NCBI RefSeq assembly: GCF_001194135.2
Contig: NC_068987.1
Span: forward strand, 90,377,470 to 90,441,268
Direction of reading: 5' to 3'
From: Octopus bimaculoides
Lineage: Eukaryota
DNA: 63,799 nucleotides
The number at the start of each line of letters is the position of its first letter. Within the stretch, counting starts at the first letter, position 1. Below are positions 11,801 to 24,335 of the stretch, piece by piece. The notes beneath the pieces were generated by a model. That model was given only the letters and a program-made list of their open reading frames with translations, did not search any database and was not told where the DNA came from. The translations under genes and the position numbers were made by a program.

Positions 11801-12751
11801 AGAAACAACTGTAACAATAAAGTTGAGCTACATTATATTTATACATACATACAATGTATATGTAAATACCTAAGGCAATGGCTATCAATAGAAATACTTA
11901 ACAAAAGATGACTCAATATGTCTTCTGACATAATAAACTAACTTCTTTCAATAGGCTTTATTGCAAGTGAACAATAATATTGCTATTATCACCAAAGGCA
12001 GTTGGTGGCAGGAGTAGAAGTCAGAGGAGATGGATGACATTCTTTTTCTAAGCTTTGACACTCCTTTTGTTAACAAGAATGTTAGGAACCACCCTCCTTC
12101 TTCCTCCTAATGTTTCCACCCACCTCATGGTGTCTGTCATGGCACACCCTGCAATGGAAGTGTCTATATACTTCATAGAATTTCCTGATGTCATATCATA
12201 GATAGCAACATGAATTAGGGGCTCAGCAATTTATAGGGGAACTTGATAGGTTCAGTTGTAAGGAGTAAAGGGATTTCTACCCTTTGCCTGAAAGGGAGGA
12301 AGAGAAAGTATTGTTATTTACTTGCTGCCAATCCAAATGACAACACCAATTTCTCCATGTTCTTTATTCTCAGACAAAACACATATGCCTAGTAATCTAG
12401 ATTGCTTAAATTTAGAAACTAAACTCAACAAGCTTCAAAAAATTAATTTAAACATCTCTTTTAAGGTCTGAAGGAAGACCATGAAAGAACAGTTAATTCT
12501 GAGCTTAACTCTTTAGTATTTCAACTGGCCACATCCACCCCAAATATTCTTCCCATTTTATGTTCAAGCTAATCAGATCTGGCCTCTCACACATCTCAAA
12601 GCAACAAGAAAAACAATGTGAATGAATGTGCATTACATTTGACAAATTAATCTGAATGCTTAAATGGGTAATGACTTGAAACAGATGATAGAATATTTTC
12701 CTGTTGCATAAAAAGTCAGTCTAGCTATCGGAAACAACATTCCTCTAAATC

Positions 12752-13110
12752 ATCATCATCATTTAGCGTCCGTTTTCCATGCTGGTATGGGTCGGACGGT
12801 TTGATTGAGGACTGGCAAGCCAGAAGGCTGCATCAGGCTCCAATATGATCTGGCAAGGTTTCTACAGCTGGATGCTCTTCCTAACGCCAACCACTCCGAG
12901 AGTGTAGTGAGTGCTTTTTACATGCCACTGGCACCGGGGCCAGTTAAGTGGCACTGGCATCAACCACACTTGAATGGTGCTTGTTACATGCCCCTCACAC
13001 TGTGGCCAGTCAGGTGGCACTGGCATCAACCAGGCTCAAATGGTGCTTTTTACATGGCACCAGAACTGGCAATGGCCATGCTCGAATGGTGTTTTTATGT
13101 GCCACTAGCA
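12752..13110 (-). mobile_element. RTE LINE 3' UTR fragment
   Basis: Reverse complement of 50230-50606 (aggaagggcatccag...gatgatgat tail). Confidence 0.75.
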
Positions 13111-13249
13111 CAGGTGGCAATCATTCTTCATTTTAGGGTGAATTGATAGTAAAATGAATTTGAGAAATAAAATACCTTGTTTGAAAACAAATTATTATAC
13201 AATAATATACACAAAGGCTGGAAGGAAATTAGGTAAATATACTTTATTG

Positions 13250-13609
13250 AGGGGTTGAAGTGTACAAAAGATGGAGAAGTAATAATTTGAGAGAAGCAGT
13301 GTAAGAGGAATCAAGTAAAGTGGAGAGATGGGGAGGGAGGCTGTGCTGATTCAGGGATGTATGGAGGATAGCAGTTTTGTAAAAAGAGCTTTGTTAAGTG
13401 ATCCAAGTGCAAGAAACTGGCAGAAGAGGAACCCAAGAGAAGTGGCCAAATTTTATCTTAGGACATTGAACCATATGGAGGAGATAACACATAATAATGA
13501 TGAGTGTGAACTATGAGAACTAGGTCGTATGTGTAATGGAGTTCTTAAGGACAGCTGATCTTCAACTCCAACCAGAAGAAAAGGATATAAAAACGATGAT
13601 GACAGTAAT

Positions 13610-13610
<1 letters not shown>
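13250..13610 (+). pseudogene. Decayed RTE-clade LINE C-terminus
   Basis: MEDSSFVKRALLSDPSARNWQKRNPRE resembles the RTE RM.D.R..K....R..GRP end motif; followed by a gat-rich tail. Confidence 0.45.
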
Positions 13611-13612
<2 letters not shown>

Positions 13613-13652
<40 letters not shown>

Positions 13653-13736
13653 TGAGTGAGTGAGTGAGTGAGTGAGTGAGTGAGTGAGTGAGAGAGAGAG
13701 AGAGAGAATGTGCTGTGAGAGGGAGAGAGCATGTGC

Positions 13737-13818
<82 letters not shown>

Positions 13819-13935
13819 TGCTGAGAAAGAGAGAGAATGTGCTGAGAGAGAATGAGAATGTGGTATATGAGAGAGAGAGAGAGAGAGAGAATGTGGTATA
13901 TGAGAGAGCATATGTGTGGTATATGTGTGAGACTG
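13613..13935. repeat. Compound microsatellite (GT)n-(GAGT)n-(GA)n with repeated aatgtgctg/aatgtggtat interruptions
   Basis: Direct reading. Confidence 0.95.
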
Positions 13936-14289
13936 TGTGTGTGATCTCACTGTAACACTAAACTTATAGGACACACCCATACAAATGAAAAAAGCTTCCC
14001 TACATGCCCTTAGCCTGCTGTACCCTAACAACCAGGTTAAAAAGTGGGAACCAACTCAGAGACAATGTTCTCTCTTCGGAGAGAATAACCAAACATGATT
14101 TCTTATATTGGTACAAGGCCATAAATTTGCTAATTGAAGCTATCCTCAGTTCGCAGCTGGTATCTGATTTTTCTTTTTTCAGCAGAATGAACATCAAAAT
14201 CGTCACCAATGAGGTTTGAAGTCAAAATACACAAAATATAAGTGACACTGTGGCATTTTAAAGGAGCAGGGTGGGGTACTGAATGATCC

Positions 14290-14650
14290 TTTAAATTTTC
14301 ACTAGTTTCAGTCATTGGACTATGCTCATGGGTGGCCACCACTTGGAAGGGTTTGGTTGAACAAACTAATCTTCCATACTTGTTGTATGTCTGATACTTA
14401 TTCTATCAGTCACTTTTGCCAAACCACTAAGTTATAGAGGTATAAACTATCCAACACTAGCTGTCAAGAAGCAGAGGGACAAATACATACACATATATGA
14501 TGGGCTTCCTCACAGTTTCCATCTACCAAATTCACTCACAAAGCATTGGTTGACTCAGGACTATAGTAGAAGACACTTGCTCAAGGTGCCGCATAGAAGG
14601 ACTGAATTCAAAGCTGCATGGTTGTAAAACAAACTTCTTAACCACACAAC
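14290..14650 (-). mobile_element. SINE family A copy
   Basis: Matches reverse complement of family A. Confidence 0.65.
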
Positions 14651-16592
14651 CAGGTATGAAAAAAAAAATGAAAACTCAATCGAAATTCTGCCTTAATTGT
14701 AGAAAACAAAAACCTAGCAGCCATTCTTAGTGACTCTCAAAGGGGAGACAACTTAAAAGCTTCAGGCATGTTTCAGACTTATTAGATTTCATCAGCCAGC
14801 ATTCCATTAATCAATGTCTATACCAAAGGAAGTAGTTGTTGATATATACTATCTTCAGGAAAATTAAATTAGTCATAATTAATACATACAGTATAATAAT
14901 CTATTATGACTAATCATGTTATTAATTGTAGATATGTGATAGGCACTTTTAGGGTAATGAATTAAGTCTACTCCCCTTGTAGGCCATATGGGGTGGGATT
15001 TGAACTCTTAATATAGAGAACCAGAACAAATACCTTAAGGCTTCGGAAACAGTGTTCTGACAGTTCCACCACTTTACTGTCTTTGACTGGTATTTTTTAA
15101 TTTTTTTTATCGATCCTGAAAGGATGAACGGCAAAGTCAACCTTGACAGCATTTAGAAGAGTAGAGTTGAGGAAAATTTGGCTGCTAGTTCATGCAAGTC
15201 ATACCACTACATAGAGGTTACCTCATTGGTTAGCTCTGATAATGTTAATAATTCATACCAAACATTGTAGAGGAGATGGTATAGTTGAGAAGATTAATCC
15301 CCAGTAAATAGCTGGTATTCATTCAGACTCCAGAGAACTAAAACGGTAACGCCAGCCTTGGTAAGGTTTTGAGCTTTGGAATCTAGAGAGCTAAAAATAA
15401 ATTCCACAAGGCATTTATGCAAGCATTTTTCTATTCTGCCACACCTAGCTTTTAAATTCTTATCTAATAATGAAATCCTACTCTAAATGTAATATTTAAA
15501 CTGTAATAGGTTTTAGGCTAACTATTATAACTTAATTTGATTTTGAGTAACACTATTAGTGTTCCACCATGTAATAAAAATAAGAGATTTGTTGTAGAAA
15601 TATACGTTGAAGAGTTGGATGTTGCACAAGAACACAATCATGTTATAACAGAAAAGACGGTACTTAATGTCAAACCTATAATCATTAACCAATTCCATAA
15701 GCAGTTTTTATTACTACTTACAGGAGAAGAAAGTCAAGCTATCATGCCTTAATTTGAAAACTTCTTCAAAAGAGTAATCACTGGCAACAGATCGAAGAAT
15801 TTTATTGAAGAAACATTTACTGAATACACTGTTCATTTTGAACGGTATAATTCAGCTTTATTCTCCCTTTTCCAATATAATACTTGAAGATGAAAGAACT
15901 TTTGAATAAATTTATACATGAAAGCACACACATACAAACACACACACATTCAAATGGAACAAGAAAATGAAAATAGATGCAAGGTTTCAATTTAAAAAAT
16001 TTTCCTTTTTTTTTTTTTTTGCAATTAAAAAATTATTATCAATATAACAGCTTTATTTTATTTTTGCTTGGCATGGGTTTGAATACAATAGGTGTCCATA
16101 CATCTCACCATTACAAAAAGCCTGACTAACCATCAAAAGGCCAAGCTACCTACTTATTTCCCCACCCAAATCTTCCGTATCTTAATTTTTCTTGTCTCTT
16201 ATCTATTTTCATCCGTTCATATCCAAAATATATTTTTAAGTAACATTATTTAACCACTATGGCACTTTCTAGACAATGTTTTTGTTTTTGTAATACTATT
16301 ATTATTGTTATTATTATTATTATTATTATGGTTTAGTCAAAAAAGGAAGGGTAGTGCCCATGATTATTGCATGACTTGGAGCTGGTAGGAAAAAGAGAAG
16401 AAGCTACAACACAAAGGGTTGGTTGCTAACCCCTCTTTCAATCTATGAAAGTTAAAGACAGTGAGTGAGTCTGCCAACAAATAAGACAGCTTCCCAAGGC
16501 ATTTCTCTTGCAGACAAGACTGTCAATGCTAACAGAAAGATTTTACTAATTACAACATTGGCTTTGTTTCTAAATGATTAGAAAGGAACAAA

Positions 16593-16800
16593 TTAAAGTG
16601 ATTGTATGTTGTCAACTTTATGTTTTCATAAGGACACAGAAAATGTGTCATGGCCAGCGGAAACGACGTTTCCTGGGGCTAAATAACAGTAGCATTCTTC
16701 CCTTTCATGGGACTGTCACATTAAGTTGACAACATACCATCACTTTATCGTGCTGCTACTGTATAAATCTCTCTGAGAGTTTTAGAAATGTATTATTTCT
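16593..16800. mobile_element. Internally deleted relative of the 1439-1863 fold-back element (no ribozyme)
   Basis: 24-bp inverted repeat 16595-16618 / 16723-16746 (1 mismatch); 16627-16800 aligns with 1686-1864 including the aaatctctctgagag tail; 9-bp direct flanks aggaacaaa at 16584-16592 and 16801-16809. Confidence 0.75.
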
Positions 16801-18879
16801 AGGAACAAAATTTTTTTTTAAAAATTTTTATAAGCAAAACATAAGGGCATTATCTAAGCATTCTGCAAGAACTACCTGAATCATCATCATTGTTTTATGT
16901 CCATTTTCCATGCTAATGACTTATGCATGATTTACCTGTTTTTCATCTTCAATCTCCTTGTTTGTTTACATCTGACATCTTGTACATGAAACGTAATAGA
17001 AAAAAAAAATCAGTGCTGACTATAATTTCTGTAGAATATCCATAGAGATAACCTTAATAAATGATTTTCCATGCTGTCAGGAGTTGGATAGTTTGACAGG
17101 TGCTGCCACAGGACTCTGTACCTAGCACCAATGTCTACTTTGACATGGTTTCTACAGCTGGATGCTCTTCCTAACAAAAAATCTCTATTCTTTTTACTGC
17201 AAAAATGACAGTCCAAAGAATTTGGACCAGTTGCCTTGGCATGAATTCTGACTTTGCTGTCTAAATACCATTGCTGTATTTCCACACCTCTGACATCATC
17301 TAATCTATATTTTGTATGAATGGAGAAGTTACAAATTCACTAAATTTCTCTCAGCCTAATTAAATAAATTTCCAGTTTCATCTCCACAGATAATTATGTA
17401 ACAGAAACTGTTTAATAGATCAGAAATTCTTCAAATAAAAACTTCACAAGCTTTTTACTGTATAAACTGTTACTCTAAACAACATAAAAATGTTGTTATC
17501 ATTCTGTACTTGTTTGTGCATTCATCAACTGCTGCAATGATTGAATAAATATATTAAGTTGTTACCGCTAACTACCTTCCTTGATGCACACCAAACATTG
17601 GCAATTTCTCTAAAGTCATTTGATTTTACAAGGCTATAATTCGATCTATTCGTTTATCACTTCTCCATTTATTAATTAGAGAAAACAATATCAAAGACAT
17701 TAAACTGAACTCAGAATCTAAAATGACGTAACCAAATGCTAAAGTTATTTTGTCCAACATTCTACCAATTCTACTATCTACTCACTATAAAAAGTTTTAT
17801 AACCCATCAGGCTCTCTGTAGAGACTTGAACCATCTGTCTATAACTTGCAAAGACTATGTTACCAATTACACTACTTATCATATTCTAACACTCATGGAT
17901 ATAAAATTGTCATACAATTTCCCTCTCATAAATACAAGGCGTTTACATCTATATTTGGTAACAGAATATAAAGGATTATCTATAAAGATCTTTGTCATTA
18001 AGTCAAGGGACCTTAAAAAAAAACCCAACTCTCATTAGATTAATGTCTAACCGACAGTGTGCAAAGTACCATTACTTTTATGGAGAATTCTACTAAAAAA
18101 AACCGTTTGCTCTTACAGACTGGTGTGATTGCAAAAGTGATATCAATCATACAATGATATCATTAGATTATACTTAGTTTAAAAGCAAACAGCAAATCAA
18201 AGCAAGGTGCAACAACAACAGGTATGCTTTGCAATCTCTCGTTATTAATTTAGATATCTCTCAAATCTGGTCAAGTTCAAAAGAAAGATGGAATAATTGT
18301 CTTTAATCAGGTATTGTAATTGCCATATTCATGTACAAACATTTAAGGTTGTGAATGAACACACAAACTTCTATTTCACATGTGGTATGTAACTAGATAT
18401 AAGTAACTCTGGGGCAAATTTTCCAATACAGAGAGAACAGTGAAGACTAAAGCAGCAGAATATTATGTTCTGAGAATTGAATCAATAACCTTGAGAGACT
18501 TTCACTCTACATGGCTGCTGATATCACAAATATTGCTTTAAACTGCTATGACAGAATACAAGGCTATGACAGAAATAAAGGTTTGCAAGCTAAGGAAGGA
18601 AGAACTTTTACATGGCTGCTTGACTTGTCAGAAATAGCAACCAAATCACCCTCAAATTACACTTTAAAAAAATATGGGAAGTATATTGGATAATGCAGTC
18701 TGAAATAAATTGTGTCAAGAAAGAATGGTTACAGCTAGAATGTCTTTGTCAAAAAGTCTGTTCAGTAAGGGTTAACTTAGGACTAAACAACATGATTAAG
18801 ATTCATAAGTCCAGCAACTTAAAAAATCTGCTCAAAATAGTATTTTACAAACTTGTTCTGCTCTGGTCCTCCGATCGTA

Positions 18880-19210
18880 TATTTTATCCATCTCCTTCAT
18901 TCTTCTGCCATAAAGTTGCCCCCGACTCCTCAGGGTTTACAGTCTTGCAAATTGCATACGAGTGAATTTGAAAGCTAGAAACTATGTGGAAGCCTGTTGT
19001 TTGAAAATGTGTGTGTGTGTTTGTCCCTTCCACTGTTAAACAGCTTGTGTTATTTTGTTTATGTTTCCATAACTTAGCGGTTCAGCAAAAGAGATTGATA
19101 ATATAAACACTAGACCTAAAATAAGCACTAGGTTGATCTGTTCAACAAAATAAAACTCCAAGGAGGTACCCCAGCATGGCCACAGTCCAATAACTGAAAA
19201 CAGTTAAAAG
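18880..19210 (+). mobile_element. SINE family A copy (decayed head)
   Basis: cataacttagcggttcagcaaaagaga...ccagcatggccacagtcca tail. Confidence 0.6.
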
Positions 19211-20613
19211 AATATTCTCATGAGATAATAGTTAAAGTCATTAATTCGTTAATACACTTGCTAGAAATATTATTGTTAATTACTTGTTATTACTAATTAC
19301 CAGATAAGTATTACTCCAAGGACAGCTTGGCCATTATCGTTCTTTGACTGGCCATTTTGAACATTTCAAATTTAACCCAAGACTATCATCAAATCTAGGA
19401 CAAAATATACAAATAAACTGAAAACAAATAAAAGTTAGGAAAAAAAATACAAACACACCCAAAACCTCCTTTTTAAAAAAAAAATAAAAGACGGATGTTA
19501 AACCAACACAGGAGACTCCAGTCATACAACCTACTAAAAATAACCTTTAAATGGCCAACACTCTTGAAAAGAAAAAGAAAGAAAGAAAAGAAAAAGAAAG
19601 TGGAAGTAAGCATTGGATAATGTAGTCCTAGATAAACTATGTCTGAAGAAAAACACACCAAAAACGTTGGTCTTGGCTGGACTGCATTCATCATGAGTCT
19701 GACTAGATCATAGGGTCTGGTAAAATGAGAGACAACCTGAGAGCTAAACAACAACTAGTTTCTAATTTAACTGAAAAACAAGAAAATTTAGAAGTGAAAA
19801 TTCTTATTTGTTAGCAAAACATTTCTTGAAGGATGATGTCATTTGCATCTAAGTATGGTTGGAATAGAAATGAGCTCCATGAAAATATTTATCTTAGGAC
19901 AGAGGCTTTTAATACACCTATCAAGTATTTGATGAACAAAGAATATTACAGGGTTCTGAAATAAATGAATAAATAAAATTAACAATGATAATGAATTTAG
20001 GCGTGTAATCAAGACGGTTGTTTCTATTAGGAGGAGTGTTGTACTGAAGTTTAAGCACAATATCCTCTAAAATATTTGTTTCTGATAATTTCGTAGTTGA
20101 TTCATCATAGTTGCTAGTTCAGAGTGATGTAAAGGAATGTGGAAGTTGAGTGGCGATGAACAGATACAGAAAGAATAGTAATACCACACACACACACACA
20201 CACACACACAAATACTAGGCACATACAAACATGCATCCATGACTCATGTACTTGGGAAGAAGCAACATGCTGATTGTGAAAGCTTTTCCATGCCACTAAG
20301 GATTATTTTAAGCTGAAGAAGACCTGGTTACTGATCCAGTGATTCAGATAGACAATCCTTTTTATAGCTGTTCAACAACTGTACCAGTTCTTATAGGAAT
20401 TCTATGCATCAGCAATATAACTTTATACCTGTACATTAAGAAGGGAGGAATTCATTTCAAAGATAGCATTTTTCACAGAGTCTGACACTGATTGCTCTAA
20501 GAACTAAACAAAGAATTATGGAAGGCAAAGCAGCCCATGTAAATAAACGACTATGTTACCATTTGAGAGAATGGTTGTTCATATCCTCATGTTACTAATC
20601 CTGAATTGTATTA

Positions 20614-21164
20614 TATGAAGGTGAGTCAAAAAGTAATGCCATTTTGTTTAGGACAGGTATAATTACCAACACAGGAACATGTACCATACATAAAAATGAA
20701 GCTGGTCCTCTGTGGATCACATCCCTACTTCTCAACATAGTCACCGTTTCTCTCAATAGCAATGTTCCACCTTTGAATGAAAGCATGTATCCCTGCCCCG
20801 TAAAATTCTGTTGACTGTTCTTTGAGCCACTTCTTCACTACAAAATCAAAGAGACAACACCTTCTTTTGAAGGCTTGTAACAGGTGATGAAACATGGGTC
20901 CATCATTATGAACCAGAATCAAAGAGGCAGTCAATGAAATGGCGCCACTCTACGTCACCACCACTGAAAAAGTTCAAGATGCAAAAGTCAGCTGGAAAAA
21001 TCATGGCGACTATCTTTTGGGATGCTCAAGGTGTCATTCTGGTCGAATTCTTGCCAAAAGGAAAAACAATAAACTCATAATAAGCTTCATTTTGATGTAT
21101 GATACATGTTGGTAATTATACTTGTCCTAAACAAAATGGCATTACTTTTTGACTCACCCTTGTT
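20614..21164. mobile_element. Rearranged non-autonomous mariner
   Basis: Long TIRs (tatgaaggtgagtcaaaaagtaatgcc...) with TA flank; minus strand encodes transposase C-terminus KKWLKEQSTEFY...NGDYVEK; plus strand encodes LVTGDETWVHHYEPESKRQSMKW...IMATIFWDAQGVILVEFL. Confidence 0.85.
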
Positions 21165-21885
21165 AATACAAGTCTATACATAACATACAATAGTTTCTCA
21201 GATAGTTCGGTTCAACTATGTGTAAATACATATTAAAGGTTTCATACAACATATTTTTATTTCTTTATTGCTCACAAGGGGCTAAACATAGAGGGGATAA
21301 ACAAGAACAGACAAAGGGATTAAGTCGATTACATCAACCCAGTGCATAACTGGTACTTATTTAATCAACCCCGAAAGGATAAAAGGCAAAGTCAACCTCA
21401 GCAGAATGTGAACTCAGAATGTAAAGACAGATGAAATACCACTAAGCATTTCGCCCGGCATCCTAATGATTCTGCCAGCTCACCACAACATATTGACAGC
21501 TCGGATCAAAAATATTCTAACCATTATCAACTCATCTTATTTTTACTTTCTTTCAAACACAATGTGTTTCTGATAAAGGGGAATCTCATCTTTTAACATC
21601 ACAACAAATTAATGTATTCTTTCTTGGAGAATTGTTTGTATTTACTATTTGCCAATGCAGTCAAAATTCAGAAAAATTGAAACAACCAGAGTTGCAATTA
21701 GGACAAAATGACTGTTAGAATGTTATGTACCATTTGACCATGTGGTCAGCGATCAAAGCAGCTAAACATTTTGGCCACTGCGTGGTTTCTCAAGAACTAG
21801 TGACCATGTATTCTCTTGAGTTACTTACTCTCAAGGAAATGATAACTCAACAAATTCACATTTGTAGTGTTAAACTTATACTCAA

Positions 21886-22092
21886 CCTGTTAGCATTTAG
21901 ACCAGCCATGACCAGCCCAAAATATTCCCCCTGTTTTATGCTCAAACTAGCCAGATCAGGCCTCTCACACCTACCCTACAATGCCATTCTAAAAATACGC
22001 AATCAAAGCTTCAAGATAATGCCAGGTTAATTCAAAACAATGTGAATAAATAAGCATTTCATTTGACAGAAAGAAATCTGAATGCTAAAGGG
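21886..22092. mobile_element. piggyBac-like MITE
   Basis: Ends cctgttagcatttag / ctgaatgctaaaggg-ttaa; relatives at ~12505-12670 and 48901-49295. Confidence 0.6.
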
Positions 22093-22991
22093 TTAACATT
22101 ACAAAAGTGAAGGAGAAAAAATTCTGAAAATAATTCCTACCACATTCTACATAGTTTCTGAACTCTTTAGGCTCGTATCATGCCATACGTTGTAAAAATA
22201 TCTTTGCTATCTTTTAATTCACATTTGTTCAACCCTGATCACATCACACTATTATCTCATGAGAAGAAAACATTGCCCTGTTTTAAGAACTTTTTGCTCC
22301 CCTTCATCTGCACCACGCACACACAAAAATAAAATCTAGACAAACAGAGTGAGTTCAGTTAGTAAAGCTGAAAGTTAATAGCAGTGACATTATGACATTT
22401 TCCTTCAGCAAATTTAGACATCATTTACCATTTCCTTGAAGTGAGAAGCAGAAGCAGCAGCAGTAGCAGCAGCAGCAACAGACTAATGCTGCTGTATAAC
22501 TAATCAGGAGAGAATTCCACTTATCAAATTAGAAATGCTCCATATTGAGATTCTTTTGGGAAATATTTCTAACAGAAATTTTATACCACCACATAAATAA
22601 AACCATATATCTATCTATATATATATATATAAACACACAGCTACTAACCACACTTCCTCCATCTGAACAGCCTTTTACATAAAGAGACATACACTACACA
22701 TGCAGTGAAGCAAATAGTAGCAAACAAGGTATGAACAGCTGTTCAGAGTGAAAAGTAGGAGAGCAGAGTTTACCAAGTGACTCTATAGTTTCAGAAAATA
22801 AAAATAATAGTTGCTGGAGGACCTCCAAAATTGGAGTATATTAAAATCCATAACATTCAGCCTCATCCATCAAAAAGATATTTATATATATATATATATG
22901 TTAATTAAATATATTGCTCTTACTCTGATAAAATAGGAACAGTAAGAAAATCTTAATTTGCAATATCTTACAGAAAATTTATGCTGTTTAA

Positions 22992-23214
22992 CCCTTTTGT
23001 TACTAACCCGGCTGAAACCATCTCTGGGCTCTGTAGTACAAATGTTTTGTTTTCTTAAGTTTTGAATTAAAATCTTCCACCAAACCTTAATCACATTTTA
23101 TGTTCCTAACACTAGGTTAATGATAACTAAGTTATTTTACTAAATTCTTTGTTATATTTAAAATTAATTGAAAGAATCACAGAACATCTCAACAGAAATA
23201 CAGTAACGAAAGGG
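22992..23214. mobile_element. piggyBac-like MITE
   Basis: ttaa-cccttttgttact ... agtaacgaaaggg-ttac: CCC/GGG termini with TTAA-type flanks. Confidence 0.75.
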
Positions 23215-23359
23215 TTACAAAAGAAAGTTATATTAGATATGGTTAGGTGAGACAGTTGACTTCTCTCGTTCAATGTAGGTTGTATTGGGATTAAACAAAC
23301 ATGGAGAATTTTGTTTAGTATTATTATCATAATCATTATTATTATTATGTTATTCATTA

Positions 23360-23600
23360 CCAGAAATATGACACGAATGAACTTGGAGGTTATGTCATTG
23401 CAAACAGAGCAAATAAGGATCTCCTACGTTGGCACAAAGACACAAATTTGTAAGAAATTAGGTACAGTTTCGAAGGATGTCTCTCCGGATATAGGATTGG
23501 CACTCATTTTGTAGACCACATTGGGATTTAATGCAAAGCCAAGAAGTACAAAACTAAACACTGCCGGCTCCTTCCTGTTTCTGCCAACCAAAATCTGAAT
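23360..23600 (+). pseudogene. Decayed RTE-like LINE 3' coding remnant
   Basis: Frames give RMNL / LGGYVIANRANKDLLRW, similar to the RTE LAGH...ANK.LLW motif; stops and frameshifts. Confidence 0.3.
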
Positions 23601-23765
23601 AATATATTTTACTAAATCTAAGGTCAATTTCATAAGAGATAGGAAAAGGTGTAGCTGAGCGGTTAAGAAGATTGCTTTGTAACTATGTGGTCTTAGGTTC
23701 AATCTCATTGCATGCAACCGTGGACCAGAGCCCCAGAATGACCAAAATCTTGTGAGTGGTTTATA

Positions 23766-24335
23766 TATAGAGGTGAGTCAAAAAGTAATGCCATTTTGTT
23801 TAGGACAGGTATAATTACCAGCACAGGAACATGTATCATACATGAAAATGAAGCTGGTTCTTTGTGGATCACATCCCTACTTCTCAACATAGTCACCGTT
23901 TCTCTCAATAGCAATGTTCCACCTTCGAATGAGAGCACACATCCCTGCCCTGTAAAATTCTGTTGACTGTTCTTTGAGCCACTTCTTCACTACAGTTTTC
24001 ACTTCCTCGTCACTGGAATAATGTTTGCCTCTCAAACTCTCTTTCATGGGGCCGAAGAGATGATAATCCCGTGATGATGATAGTTCAGTGACAAGGAAGT
24101 GAAAACTGTAGTGAAGAAGTGGCTCAAAGAACAGTCAATAGAATTTTACGGGGTAGGGATACATGCTCTCATTTGAAGGTGGAACATTGCTATTGAGAAA
24201 AATGGTGACTATGTTGAGAAGTAGGGATGTGATCCACAGAGGACCAGCTACATTTTGATGTATGATACATGTTCCTGTGCTGGTAATCATACCTGTCCTA
24301 AACAAAATGGCATTACTTTCTGACCCACCCTCATA
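23766..24335. mobile_element. Mariner fold-back made of two inverted right ends
   Basis: 23766-24017 and 24084-24335 are reverse complements; both carry the transposase C-terminus (DYHLFGPMKESLRGKHYSSDEEVKTVVKKWLKEQ...YVEK on the left arm); follows a family A SINE head at 23640-23760. Confidence 0.85.

Noticed and set aside
12330-12410. Candidate minus-strand exon GICVLSENKEHGEIGVVIWIGSK
   Set aside because: Weak polypyrimidine tract and no recognisable family; cannot be supported without transcripts
13453-14031. 192-aa ORF
   Set aside because: Translation of dinucleotide microsatellites
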